64,000 nucleotides of DNA from an uncultured bacterium (lineage in GTDB: Bacteria; Verrucomicrobiota; Verrucomicrobiia; Limisphaerales; UBA8199), in the NCBI GenBank assembly GCA_963749495.1, contig CAVVMW010000001.1, positions 160,001-224,000 on the forward strand, in the 5' to 3' direction. Of the stretch, positions 22,243 through 32,426 are shown one piece after another; positions within the stretch are counted from its first letter, which is position 1, and every line of letters starts with the position of its first letter. Position numbers and translations under genes: made by a program. The notes under the pieces were generated by a model. It saw only the letters and a list, made by a program, of their open reading frames with translations, was not told where the DNA came from and searched no databases.

Positions 22243-23244
22243 ATGAAGCGAATACTGGCGTTGCTGGCGGCGGGGGGCCTGGCGGCGCTGGCCGGCTGCA
22301 ATCAATCCCCGGATGCCCGCACCTCGGCCGGCGCCAGGAAACTCACCATCGCCCTGTTGCCCAAGTCCAAGGGCAACGCCTACTTCGTCTCGTGCAAGAA
22401 GGGCGCCGTCATGGCCGCCAGGGAACTGGGCGTGGACTTGATCTTCGACGGCCCGACCGACCCCGACCCGGCCAAACAGAATGAGATTGTCGAGAACTGG
22501 ATTACGCTGGGCGTGGACGCCATCGCGGCTGCCTGCGAGAACAAGGAGGGCATCTCCACCGCCTTGCGCAAAGCCCGCGCCAAAGGCATCAAGGTCATCA
22601 CCTACGACGCCGACGCCCTGCCGGATGCGCGGGCGTTTTTCGTCAATCAGGCCACGGCCCAGGGCATCGGCTGGGCGTGCATGGACGAAGCGGCGCGGCT
22701 GTGCGGCCAGACCGGCGAATTCGCTGTCATTGTCGGTTCGCTCACCGCCGCCAACCAGGTCGAGTGGCGCAACTACATCCAGCAACGCTGCGCCGCCCGC
22801 TATCCCAACATGAAGATGGTGGCCTGGCGCCCGTGCGACGATTTCAAAGACAAGGCCCAGAGCGAGGCCACGACGCTCCTGAGCGCCTACCCCAACCTCA
22901 GGCTGTTGCTGAGCATCACCTCCCTGGGCGTGCCCGGCGCCGCCGAGGCCGTCAAGCAGGCCGGCAAAACCGGCCAGGTCAAAGTTATCGGCCTGGGGCT
23001 GCCCAACGAAAATCAACGCTACGTCAAGGAAGGCGTCACCCAGAGCGTCATCCTCTGGAAGACCGAAGACCTCGGTTACCTCACCCTCTGTGCCGCCGAG
23101 GCCCTGGCGCGCGGCGCTCTCAAGCCCGGCGATACCTCCTTCAAGGCCGGCCGCCTCGGCCAATTCGCCATCCAGGGCGACAACATCATCCTGGGCCAGC
23201 CGTTCATCTTCAACAAAGACAACATCGACCAGTTTGACTTCTAG
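22243..23244 (+). CDS. Sugar ABC transporter substrate-binding lipoprotein (RhaS/LsrB-like)
   Basis: Lipobox LAGC; PKSKGNAYF, VITYDAD, GLGLPN, LWKTEDLGY, NIDQFDF. Confidence 0.9.
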   Translation: MKRILALLAAGGLAALAGCNQSPDARTSAGARKLTIALLPKSKGNAYFVSCKKGAVMAARELGVDLIFDGPTDPDPAKQNEIVENWITLGVDAIAAACENKEGISTALRKARAKGIKVITYDADALPDARAFFVNQATAQGIGWACMDEAARLCGQTGEFAVIVGSLTAANQVEWRNYIQQRCAARYPNMKMVAWRPCDDFKDKAQSEATTLLSAYPNLRLLLSITSLGVPGAAEAVKQAGKTGQVKVIGLGLPNENQRYVKEGVTQSVILWKTEDLGYLTLCAAEALARGALKPGDTSFKAGRLGQFAIQGDNIILGQPFIFNKDNIDQFDF

Positions 23245-23246
23245 GT

Positions 23247-23888
23247 TCACTGAGACGAATTCTCCTGCGGCAGCGGGATGAAGATCTTCATGCCCGGGGT
23301 AAGGCGGTCCGGTTTCAGGCGCGGATTGGCCTTGAGGATTTGCCCCTCCGTGACCATGATATGCTTCTCGTGGCAGGCGATGATGATGGCCGAGAGGGTG
23401 TCGCCCTGGGCAACCGGGTAATAAAAGCCGCGTTGCGAGCCAGCGTTGTCGGGGTTGTCAGCGGGCGGGTTGTCCGGTGGCGGAGGGCCGTTTTTTTTTG
23501 AGCTGGAGGCAGAGCCGGAGCCAGGGGCCTTCTTGGGAGACGTTGCCGTCGCGGCCTCGACGGCCTTCATCAGCTTGAGCAGGTCGGCGTGGATCTGCTT
23601 GTTGTCCTCGATGCGTTTGCGGTCAACCTGCTCGATGGCATTGGCCAGGCGCGTCAAATTCTCCTGGCTGGCGTAGGCGGGGGCGGGCCGGTTCTGCTGT
23701 TCGCGCAAGCTCGCCAGTTCGTTGGCCAGGGCCTCGACGCGCCGGCGCAGCGCCTCCTGGCCCTCGATCAAATTCTCGATCTTGCCGCTCAACTGTCTGA
23801 GCCGCTCTTCGGTGGCCGCGTCCTGGGCGCGCCCGCGCGGCGCGCCCCACAGCGCCAGCGCCATCATACAAACCGCAAATCGTTTCAT
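23247..23888 (-). CDS. Secreted coiled-coil + LysM protein
   Basis: Signal peptide; C-terminal YPVAQGDTLSAI...ILKANP...LTPGMKIFIP. Confidence 0.85.
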   Translation of the reverse strand: MKRFAVCMMALALWGAPRGRAQDAATEERLRQLSGKIENLIEGQEALRRRVEALANELASLREQQNRPAPAYASQENLTRLANAIEQVDRKRIEDNKQIHADLLKLMKAVEAATATSPKKAPGSGSASSSKKNGPPPPDNPPADNPDNAGSQRGFYYPVAQGDTLSAIIIACHEKHIMVTEGQILKANPRLKPDRLTPGMKIFIPLPQENSSQ

Positions 23889-24049
23889 GGGCCGACATTA
23901 GGAGCGGCGCAGCCCGAATTCAAGGGCCAAAAGCGGCGGTGCCTGACCCTTCCGTCCCGGGCGTAGGAAAAGAATCTCCACAAAATGGGTTTCGCTAGGC
24001 TTTCGTCACAAAGAGTACCTAGGGGGGCGCCATAAAAGATCCCGGCCTT

Positions 24050-24140
24050 ACAGGCCGGGGTTTTTCGAGGGGCGCGGCCTTACCCGGGCCTCCGCTCCGC
24101 TCCAGCCCGGGCTATCACATGGCGGGCCTTCGGCCCTGGG
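24050..24140. repeat. REP family gggccgaaggcccg / gcccgggctggagcg..gcggaggc
   Basis: Other copies at 55950-56090 (two), 57097-57150, and a split copy at 56195-56219 + 57034-57080. Confidence 0.8.
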
Positions 24141-24187
24141 GCGCATGCCGACTCTCACGCGGAGCCCCGACGCTCCGCCCGCGGGCC

Positions 24188-24571
24188 CTATTGGACGATC
24201 TCGGCGTTTGCGATCATCTTCATCCCGTTCCGCTCGACGACTTTGCCCTTGAGGGTGACGGTCTGGGCCGCCTTGGGCGCGAGTTGGTCGTTCATCGGTG
24301 CATGATCGCCCACCACCAGGTAGAGATCGTCGCCGCTGAGCAGGCCCACTGGCCCGCCGCCCTTGATGCACCTCGTAGCGCAGCCCTTGTGCCCCTCCCC
24401 CTTGGCGCCATGATCCAGGTAGCACATCAAGTCCACGATCTCGCCTTTGATTGTCTTGACCTGCGCCGCCGGCGCCTTGCTGTCCGCCGCGAACAAAAGC
24501 GACGAGACCGCCAGGCCGGCCCCGAGGGCCAACGCAATCACCGAAGTTCTTAACACCGCTTTGCTGTTCAT
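24188..24571 (-). CDS. Small secreted Cys/His-containing hypothetical protein (OB-fold-like)
   Basis: Signal peptide; GEIVDLMCY...HKGCATRCIKGGGPVG. Confidence 0.75.
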   Translation of the reverse strand: MNSKAVLRTSVIALALGAGLAVSSLLFAADSKAPAAQVKTIKGEIVDLMCYLDHGAKGEGHKGCATRCIKGGGPVGLLSGDDLYLVVGDHAPMNDQLAPKAAQTVTLKGKVVERNGMKMIANAEIVQ

Positions 24572-24624
24572 ATAGTAGTTGTTGTTGATCCTTTATGGTT
24601 GCTGCAACACGTCAGTGTAGCGCA

Positions 24625-24837
24625 TTACTTGCGAAAAATCCACAAGAGGAACGTGAGCAGGAGACTGAGCAGCAGGCAGGTCACGATCGGAAAGTAAAAA
24701 CCGAAGTTGCCCTTGGTGTAGTGAATGTCACCCGGCAGGCGGCCGAGCCAGCCCCTGCCGAGGCCCGACATCAGCACGGCGCCGATGGCGGCGAGGAGCA
24801 GGCCGACCACGACGAGGAATCTGCCGAGTTCATTCAT
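24625..24837 (-). CDS. DUF2905 family membrane protein
   Basis: WLGRLPGDI...FYFPIVTCLLLS signature. Confidence 0.9.
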   Translation of the reverse strand: MNELGRFLVVVGLLLAAIGAVLMSGLGRGWLGRLPGDIHYTKGNFGFYFPIVTCLLLSLLLTFLLWIFRK

Positions 24838-25003
24838 CCGGCGCCGAATATAAGCTGTTCTCGCCGGTTTGGAAAGCCGGCCTCGAGGCCGGGGCGAGGC
24901 TGCGCCCGTCCCGTGCGAGAAGGGACAAAAGGGACAAAAGGGACGTAAGGGATGAGCGGGCCAATGTCATCAACAGTTCCGCTGACGTTTCACGTTTCAC
25001 GTT

Positions 25004-28000
25004 TCACCTCACCTTCACTGTCAAGCTGGCAGGGGCCAGTTGGTCCGCCTCGGCTTTGAGTGTGATCGCGCGGGCCTGGCAGGCGGGGCGCAGGATGGCC
25101 AGGCACCGGCCCTGGAAGGTGGAGTGCTCGGGCTTTCGGAAACTGGACGGGTCGCACGGGTTACCGCTGCCGAGGGCGGCCAACTCGCCGGCGCCGCTGA
25201 CGCTAAAGCGCACGGGCACCGCCGCGGCCGGCACCCGCTCCCCGGCGGCGTCCACCACCTCGACCGTGACGTAACACAAATCGTTCCGGTCGGCGCGGAT
25301 CACCGGGCGGTCGGGCGTGAGGCGCAGTTTTTTGGATTTGCCGGCGGAGCGCAGGGTGGTGCTGGCGACTTCCCTGCCGCTGATGAGGCCAATCGCGCGC
25401 AAGGTGCCGGGGGCATAAGGGACCTCGAACCTGGCTGTGAGCTTGCCGCCGGCGGAGACCGGTTTCTCGCCGAGCTTTTTGCCGTTGAGCTCGAGCCGGA
25501 CCTTGTCGCAGGTGGAGTACACCGCCACCTGCATCGGCCTGCCCGCCTCGACGGGCCAGGACCAACTCTGGAGTTCGTCGGGCCAGCCCCAGCCGCTGAC
25601 CTTCTCGGAGCGGCCCGGCGGCAGGGGGACGTGCACGGCCAGTTCGAGCGGGCTGCGGCCCCAGACGACGTCGCGATAGAACGACTGCGGTTTCTTGAAT
25701 CCGCACAGGTCGAGGTTGCCGCACCAGGCATCGAACCAGGGCCAGGGCATGAGCTGGGGGTTCTTTTCGTTGTCCAGCACCGTGTGGCCGAGGCCGGCCT
25801 CGCCCAGGTAATCGAGGGCGGTCCAGACGAAATCTCCGATGACATAAGGGTGTTTCTCGACCATGCCCCAGCAGTTGAAAGCATCGGCCGAGAACGATTC
25901 GGTGCAGACGATGACCCGGTTTGGATTGCGCGCATGGTCCGGCTCGTATTTGTGGGGCAGGTAATTGTAGCCGGCGACGTCGAGGTGCTCGAAGGCCGGA
26001 TCGGAGACCTGGTCCCAATTGCGGCCGGGCCAATCCCAGGTGTCGCAAATCGCGGCGGTCACCGGGCGTGTCGGGTCCTCACGCAGCACGGCATCGCGGA
26101 GGCGCTTGGCGAGGTCGGGCCGGTCGAACCGCTCGTGGACCTCGTTGCCGATGGACCAGAAAAGGACCGAGGGATGATTGCGGTCGCGCCGGACCATGTC
26201 GGCGATGTCCCGCTCGCACCATTCCTTGAAGAAGCGGTGATAGTCCTGGGGATTCTTGGCCTGTTCCCACTGGTCGAAGGCCTCATCGATGACCAGCATG
26301 CCGAGGCGGTCGCAGGCCTCCAGGAAGGCGGGCGAGGGCGGGTTATGGCTGGTGCGGATGGCGTTGAAGCCGTTGGCCTTGAGCAACTCGACGCGCCGCT
26401 CCTCGGCCCGGTCCAGGGCCGCCGCGCCGAGCGGGCCGTTGTCGTGGTGGACGCAGCCGCCTTTGAGTTTGAAGGGCTGGCCGTTGAGGCGCAGCCCGTG
26501 CTGGGCGTCCACCTCGACCTTGCGGATGCCGAAAGTGGTCTCCGAGCGGTCCTTGACCTCTGCGCCGGCCACGATCTCCACCTCAGCGCGATAAAGGCCG
26601 GGCGACTGCGGCGACCACAAGTGAGGCGAGGCAATCTCGAAGACCTGTTCCGAGTGCGAGGCCGTGGTGGCGTTCACTCGCGCGGGCGCTTGGGCGGATT
26701 TGACCACCTTGCCGTTTGGCCCGACAATCCGGGTCTGTACCAGCACGTCCTGGCCGCCGCCGCCCTCGACCGGGTCCAGCGTCGTCGCCACTTTGACCGT
26801 GGCCGTCTGCCCGGAGACCCGCGGCGTGGTGACATAGACGCCCCAGAGCGCGACGTGAACGGGGTCGGTGACGGTGAGCCACACGTGGCGGTAGATGCCG
26901 GAGCCGGAGTACCAGCGGCTGTTCTTCCCTTCGTTGCGCACCCGCACCGCCAGGACATTCTCCTGGCCCGCCGCTTTGAGGTGGGGCGTTAGATCCTGAG
27001 CAAAGCTGGTGTAGCCGTAAGGATGATTGCCCAGGGACTGGCCGTTGAGCCACACGTCGGCGTCCATATAGACGCCGTCGAAACGGACCGAGACGCGCTT
27101 GCCCTTATCGGCGGGGTCGAGCCTGAAGTGCTTGCGATACCACCCGGTCCCGCCCAGGACGTGGCCGGTCGAGGCCCCGCCGGGGCTGGCGCCCGGGTCG
27201 AAGGGCCCCATCCGGCCCACGGGCGAACCGGCCTCGTAGATGCCTCCGTTGCCGGTGGCGTCGAAAACGCGGACCGCCACGAGGTCGGTGCCGTTGCCTC
27301 TCACCACGTGGGCCGGCACGCGGTAGCGCCGTTCCTGGTCCCAGGCCGTCTGGAAATTCGGCGGAAACGACCCCATCCCCCCGATGCGCACCCCGTTGAG
27401 GTAGGTCTCGTCCACGTCGTCGATCTTGCCCAGCAGCAGCTCGATCTCCTTGCCCTCGACCAAAGCCGGCAACTGGATGCGGCGGCGGAACCAGCCGTAC
27501 ACGTTGTCGTTGGTGTAGCCCGAGTGATGTTCCCAATAATCCGGCAGCAGCACTTCCTCCCAATCCGAGTCGTTCACCATCGGGTTCTTCCAGCTCGCGT
27601 CGTCGCCCTTGTGAAAACGCCACTTCCCCTCGACCACCCCGAAGGCCGGGATGGTCCGGTCCGACGGCGGCAGGTCCTCGATGCTCCAATCATGCGGCAC
27701 GTCGAGCATCCGCCAATTCGTGTCGTCAAATTCCGGCCGCTCCGCTCCCGGGGCGTCTGCCCGCAGGAACATCCAGTCCGCATCGAAGCTGCGGTCCCGC
27801 GCCCCGGCGCCGAGCAGCCCGGCGCTCAAAAGCAGGGCCAGGCCCGCAAACAGGACCGCATTTGGCTTCCGCGTACTAAATCGGAGCAACCCGCATGTGC
27901 GCACCAATGCGGGTTTTGGACCTTGGTCGCAACCTTTGTCGAAGGCCCGATTTCTCGACAAAGGATCCGACAAAGGCTGCGACGAAGGTTGTGCCAATGG

Positions 28001-28309
28001 AGTGCGGTTAAAACTGTCGGTCAGCCCACGGGGCCTTTTTGCCCCGAAGGGGCTGCCGACAATAGCCCGGCGTTTCAACGCCGGGTGGGCGGACCCAAGG
28101 AGCAGGTCCGTCCCGAAGGGACGGCTGAAGGCAAGGAATGTTCTCAGTCGTCCCTTCGGGACGCGTGCCCCTTTTGTGGCCTCCCCGGCGTTGAAACGCC
28201 GGGCTATTGTCAGATGTCCCTCCGGGACAAAACTCCCGAGGCGCATGCCCGACGCTTCTAATCGCACCCGTGCCGATGTTGCGTGTTTGGAATTAGCAAT
28301 CGATCTCAT
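25004..28309 (-). CDS. GH2 glycoside hydrolase (beta-galactosidase-like) with an inserted jelly-roll domain; start 28309 or 27904
   Basis: DVPHDWSIE, FDGVY, RWYSGSGIYR, NAIRTSHNP, RDRNHPSVLFWSIGNE, GDFVWTALDYLGE. Confidence 0.92.
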   Translation of the reverse strand: MRSIANSKHATSARVRLEASGMRLGSFVPEGHLTIARRFNAGEATKGARVPKGRLRTFLAFSRPFGTDLLLGSAHPALKRRAIVGSPFGAKRPRGLTDSFNRTPLAQPSSQPLSDPLSRNRAFDKGCDQGPKPALVRTCGLLRFSTRKPNAVLFAGLALLLSAGLLGAGARDRSFDADWMFLRADAPGAERPEFDDTNWRMLDVPHDWSIEDLPPSDRTIPAFGVVEGKWRFHKGDDASWKNPMVNDSDWEEVLLPDYWEHHSGYTNDNVYGWFRRRIQLPALVEGKEIELLLGKIDDVDETYLNGVRIGGMGSFPPNFQTAWDQERRYRVPAHVVRGNGTDLVAVRVFDATGNGGIYEAGSPVGRMGPFDPGASPGGASTGHVLGGTGWYRKHFRLDPADKGKRVSVRFDGVYMDADVWLNGQSLGNHPYGYTSFAQDLTPHLKAAGQENVLAVRVRNEGKNSRWYSGSGIYRHVWLTVTDPVHVALWGVYVTTPRVSGQTATVKVATTLDPVEGGGGQDVLVQTRIVGPNGKVVKSAQAPARVNATTASHSEQVFEIASPHLWSPQSPGLYRAEVEIVAGAEVKDRSETTFGIRKVEVDAQHGLRLNGQPFKLKGGCVHHDNGPLGAAALDRAEERRVELLKANGFNAIRTSHNPPSPAFLEACDRLGMLVIDEAFDQWEQAKNPQDYHRFFKEWCERDIADMVRRDRNHPSVLFWSIGNEVHERFDRPDLAKRLRDAVLREDPTRPVTAAICDTWDWPGRNWDQVSDPAFEHLDVAGYNYLPHKYEPDHARNPNRVIVCTESFSADAFNCWGMVEKHPYVIGDFVWTALDYLGEAGLGHTVLDNEKNPQLMPWPWFDAWCGNLDLCGFKKPQSFYRDVVWGRSPLELAVHVPLPPGRSEKVSGWGWPDELQSWSWPVEAGRPMQVAVYSTCDKVRLELNGKKLGEKPVSAGGKLTARFEVPYAPGTLRAIGLISGREVASTTLRSAGKSKKLRLTPDRPVIRADRNDLCYVTVEVVDAAGERVPAAAVPVRFSVSGAGELAALGSGNPCDPSSFRKPEHSTFQGRCLAILRPACQARAITLKAEADQLAPASLTVKVR
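28001..28268. mobile_element. MITE-like palindromic element inside the extended 5' end of the GH2 ORF
   Basis: Imperfect terminal IRs gtgcggttaaaactgtcgg / ccgacgcttctaatcgcac; internal aatagcccggcgtttcaacgccggg and cgtcccgaagggacg hairpins. Confidence 0.7.
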
Positions 28310-28349
28310 GTATTTCAGCCTTTAGCCTTTAGCCTTCAGCCTTCAGCCT

Positions 28350-29870
28350 TCAACGCGTCTGTCCATCCACGCCCGGCGGCGGTTGCTCGTAAGCGTACTG
28401 GTCGTCATCCTTGACCTCCTTCTTCAGACGGTAGAGTTCGGCCTTGAGCCGGGCGGCCAGTTCTTTGTGCGCCGGGTCATCATAGAGGTTATGGAGTTCA
28501 TCGGGGTCCTTGACGAGGTCATAGAGCTCCCACTGGTCTTTCTTCCAGAAGCAGATGAGCTTGTGGGTCATCGTGCGCACGCCGTAATGCGCGCGGGTGT
28601 TGTGGTCGCCGGGGTCGTGGTAATAGCGGTAGTAGTAGCTGGTTCGCCAATCGGCGGGAGGTTCCCCTTTGAGCAGCGGCGCCAGGCTGCGGCCCTGCAT
28701 GTCGTCCGGGGTCTTGAGCCCCGCAAGGTCGAGGAACGTCGGCGCAAAATCGGTATTGATGGCCATGGCGTCCTGCACCAGGCCCGGCCTGGCCACGCCC
28801 GGCCAGCGGACAATGAAGGGCATGCGCACCGAGGCCTCGTACATGAACCGTTTGTCGTAGAGGCCGTGGTCGCCCAGGAAGAAGCCCTGGTCGCTGGTGT
28901 AAATGACCACGGTGTTCGAGGCCAGGCCATTGCGGTCCAGCCAATCGAGCAGGCGGCCGACGTTGTCATCGATGGACTGCACGCAGGCCAGGTAATCCTG
29001 GAGGTAACGCTGGTATTTCCAGGCGTTGAGGGCGTCGCCCGTGAGGGTCCGGGTGCGGCCGTCGAGCTGGATTTGGACTTCGGTGGGTTTGACGTTAAGC
29101 CACTGGTTGCGTGCCTGGCCGCTCAAATCAGGCGGGGGCTCCAGCTTGAGGTCGCGCCGGGTGAGGTCCTCGAAGACCTTCTGACGGCACTCGCGGATGG
29201 CATCGGTGCGCGTGGCGTAATCGTCGCGCAAGGTCGGCGGTTCCGGGATCGAAGTGCCGACGAACAGAGCGCGGTGAGGCGGGTCCGGGTCCCAGGGCCG
29301 GTGCGGGGCCTTGTGGTGGCACATGAGAAAGAACGGCTTGTCCGCGGGCCGGTTCTTGAGGAAATCGATGGCCAGGTCGGTGATGATGTCCGTGACATAG
29401 CCGGGGATGACGCGGCGGCCATTGGGCGTGAGGAAGGCCGGGTCAAAATAGACGCCCTGGCCCGGGAGAATGATCCAATGGTCGAACCCGGTCGGTTCGC
29501 TGCCCAGGTGCCATTTGCCGATCATCCCGGTGTAATAGCCCGCCGTTTGCAGGTACTTGGCGGCGGTGGGCTGGGAGCCGTCGAACCGGTTGAAGGTCGG
29601 CACGCCGTTGAGGTGGCTGTATTTGCCGGTGAGGATCGTGGCCCGGCTGGGCGAGCAGATCGAATTGACGCAAAAACAGTTGGCGAAACGGACCCCATCA
29701 TGGGCCAGGCGATCGAGGTTGGGCGTCCGGTTGACCCGGCTGCCGTAGGCGCTGATGGCGTGCGCCGCGTGATCGTCGCTCATGATGAAAAGTATGTTCG
29801 GCCGGCCCTGCGCTCCCGCCGCGGCCAAGGTTCCCATCACGACTGCCGCCCCAATCCATGGAGTTCTCAC
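28350..29870 (-). CDS. Sulfatase (Cys-type, S1 family)
   Basis: RPNILFIMSDDH, CSPSRA, GKWHL, YTSDQGFFLGDHG, DKRFMYE. Confidence 0.95.
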   Translation of the reverse strand: MRTPWIGAAVVMGTLAAAGAQGRPNILFIMSDDHAAHAISAYGSRVNRTPNLDRLAHDGVRFANCFCVNSICSPSRATILTGKYSHLNGVPTFNRFDGSQPTAAKYLQTAGYYTGMIGKWHLGSEPTGFDHWIILPGQGVYFDPAFLTPNGRRVIPGYVTDIITDLAIDFLKNRPADKPFFLMCHHKAPHRPWDPDPPHRALFVGTSIPEPPTLRDDYATRTDAIRECRQKVFEDLTRRDLKLEPPPDLSGQARNQWLNVKPTEVQIQLDGRTRTLTGDALNAWKYQRYLQDYLACVQSIDDNVGRLLDWLDRNGLASNTVVIYTSDQGFFLGDHGLYDKRFMYEASVRMPFIVRWPGVARPGLVQDAMAINTDFAPTFLDLAGLKTPDDMQGRSLAPLLKGEPPADWRTSYYYRYYHDPGDHNTRAHYGVRTMTHKLICFWKKDQWELYDLVKDPDELHNLYDDPAHKELAARLKAELYRLKKEVKDDDQYAYEQPPPGVDGQTR

Positions 29871-30015
29871 GCCGGCAATTCTGCGCAAAATCCCCAGCGG
29901 GGCAAAGCCGAAATGAGCCCCGGAGGAGGCAGAATCATTGGTGGCAAAATCATGAGAAGAGACTTGATTCCACGGGTCCCTATCCGGCAGCCTTGGCGCG
30001 AACATCGAACTTTCT

Positions 30016-31370
30016 ATGAATAGCTGGACACGACGAGATTTCACCAAGAGCGTGATTTTGGCCGGGGCGACAACCGCGCTTGGGGCGGTGCGGGCGGCGG
30101 GGGCGAACGAGCGAGTGCGGCTGGGGTGTATCGGTTTGGGCAATCGCGGGGACCAAGTCCTGGATGCCTTCCTCAAGCACCCGGATGCCGAGGTGGTGGC
30201 GGTGAGCGACCTCTCGCAGGCCTACATGGACTTTGCCGCCAAAAAGGCGGGGACTTCGCCCCGGCAATTCAAGGATTACCGGGAGTTGCTCGAGGTGAAG
30301 GCGATGGACGCGGTGGTGATAGCGACGCCGGACCACTGGCACGCGCTCCAGACCATCCAGGCCTGCCAGGCGGGCAAGGACGTGTATGTCGAGAAGCCCC
30401 TTTCGTTGTGCGTGGCCGAAGGACGGCGGATGGTCGAGGCAGTGCGCGCTCATGGCCGGGTCTGCCAGGTGGGCATCCATCGGCGCTCGGTGCCGGTCTG
30501 CCAAGAGGCCACAGAGTTTGTGCGCCAGGGCGGGTTGGGCAAAATCACGGCGGCGCGCGCGTTTCATATCCACAACGAATGGCCGGCCGGCATCGGCAAT
30601 CCACCGGACCAGGAGCCGCCGGCAGACCTGGACTGGGATGCCTGGCTGGGCCCGGCGCCCAAGACGCGCTACAACAAGAACCGCACCTTCTACCGCTTCC
30701 GTTGGTTCTACGACTATAGCGGCGGCCAGGTGACCAACTTCGGCGTACACTATATCGATTTCATCCAATGGGCGCTGGGGGCCGAGGCGCCGCTCTCGGT
30801 CACCGCCCTGGGCGGCAAGCCCGCCGGGATGAAGGACAACCGCCAGATCCCCGACACCCTCGAGGCCATCTGGCAATATCCGGGCGGCACCCTGGTCACC
30901 TTCTCCCAGTTCAATGCCACCGCAGCCCAGTGGAGCCTGCCGGGCTGCGAACTCGAACTGCGCGGCACCCTCGGCACCCTTTACCTCGTCGGCGACGGCT
31001 ACGAGGTCAGGCCCGACCCGATCTCAGAGGATGAATTCCCGGCGAACTCCCCGCTGACCCGGCAGAGCGACTCGCGCTACCGCAGAGACGCCAAACCGCG
31101 GATCGAGCCAGGAAAATCCACGTCTCCTCCACCGCCGACACCGCCCCTCATGCGCGGAATTTCCTGGATTGCGTCAAGAGCCGGGCCCGCTGCAACTGCG
31201 ACATCGAGATTGGCCATCGGAGCACCAGCGCCACGTTGCTGGCCAATATCGCCCTCAAGACGCGCAACGTCCTGGATTGGGACTCGCAGGCCGAGCAGTT
31301 CCCCAACTGTGCCGAGGCCAACAAACTCCTCAAATACGACTACCGCCCCCCGTACCGCTTTCCGGAGTAG
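30016..31370 (+). CDS. Tat-exported Gfo/Idh/MocA oxidoreductase; frameshift near 31120
   Basis: [36 protein letters not shown]-terminus [12 protein letters not shown]...YRPPY in another frame. Confidence 0.9.
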
Positions 31371-31449
31371 AACCTGCACAACGCGCTGCGGAAATGCCTT
31401 TTGGGCATGGCGTCTGACGCGTCAGACAAGTGCCAGCGTGGCCGTCGTC

Positions 31450-31657
31450 GCGGCCCGACGGGCCGCCAGAGCCTAGCCCAGGGCTGAGGCCGTCAGGCCG
31501 ATGCCCTGGGTTTCGTTGCAGAGGCGGACCCGGCGCCCTGAAGGGGCGCGAGAGTCTTGCGCCCTTTCAGGGCGCGATTGATTTCCGCGGCCCTGTACCC
31601 AGGGCATCGGCCTGACGGCCTCAGCCCTGGGCTGGGCTCTGACGGCCCCTTGGGCCT
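31450..31657. repeat. REP family cccagggcatcggcctgacggcctcagccctggg / gccctgaaggggc
   Basis: Further copies at 36073-36170 and 39365-39580. Confidence 0.85.
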
Positions 31658-31676
31658 GCACTTCAGCCTTTAGCCT

Positions 31677-32426
31677 TCAGCCTTTCCCTCTCTGCGCCGC
31701 CTGGCGGACATGGGGCGGCCAGGGTGTCCCAGCCAGAGCGTCGTAGAGGGCCTGAGCCTCGGTCGGGCGGCCGGCATTGAGCAGGCGCTCGGCGCAGGTC
31801 AGGGCGGCATCGGCTGCCGCGGCCCGAAGGGGTTCGGGCGCCTTCGGGCAGAACTCGACCAGGGCCGCGCCCGCCTCGACTGAGCCGATATTGCCAAGGG
31901 CGGCGGCGGCGGCGCCGGCGATGGCCGGGTCCGAATCCTTGAGGAGCGGTATCAACGCGCCGGCGCTTTGCGCATCAGGGCGATTGCCCAGCGAGTTGAT
32001 GGCGCCGAGTTGCGGCAGGCCCTTGAGGGCTGGCAGGGATTCGCGCAAGCCCCGGGCCGCCTCAGGGCAGGACAGGGCCTCAAGGGCAGTGCGGGCGGCG
32101 GTGGCCAGTTGCGGGTGGTCCAGCAATTCGCGGAGTGCAGGCACGGAGCGCTCGGTGCCGATCAGGGCCAGCTTGGAACAGATATACTCGCGGGCAACAT
32201 CGGAGCCGCCGGCGCCCAGGATGGCGGCAAGTTGCCGTTCGAGTGGGCTGCGCGCCGAGCCCTGCTCGGGCTCGATGCTGGCGGCGGCCACGGCCTGGTC
32301 GAGCGGCAAGAGCGCGGCGCGCCCGCTGCCGCGGTCGTAGGTCTTTAGCGCATCGAGGGCCTGGGCCAGGGCCGCAGGCGCGGGACCGGAGTCTTTGGCG
32401 GAAGCAGTGGGGTTTGGCATAGTCAT
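31677..32426 (-). CDS. HEAT-repeat protein
   Basis: YICSKLALIGTERSVPAL, GAINSLG and AAAAALGNIGS repeats. Confidence 0.85.
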   Translation of the reverse strand: MTMPNPTASAKDSGPAPAALAQALDALKTYDRGSGRAALLPLDQAVAAASIEPEQGSARSPLERQLAAILGAGGSDVAREYICSKLALIGTERSVPALRELLDHPQLATAARTALEALSCPEAARGLRESLPALKGLPQLGAINSLGNRPDAQSAGALIPLLKDSDPAIAGAAAAALGNIGSVEAGAALVEFCPKAPEPLRAAAADAALTCAERLLNAGRPTEAQALYDALAGTPWPPHVRQAAQRGKG

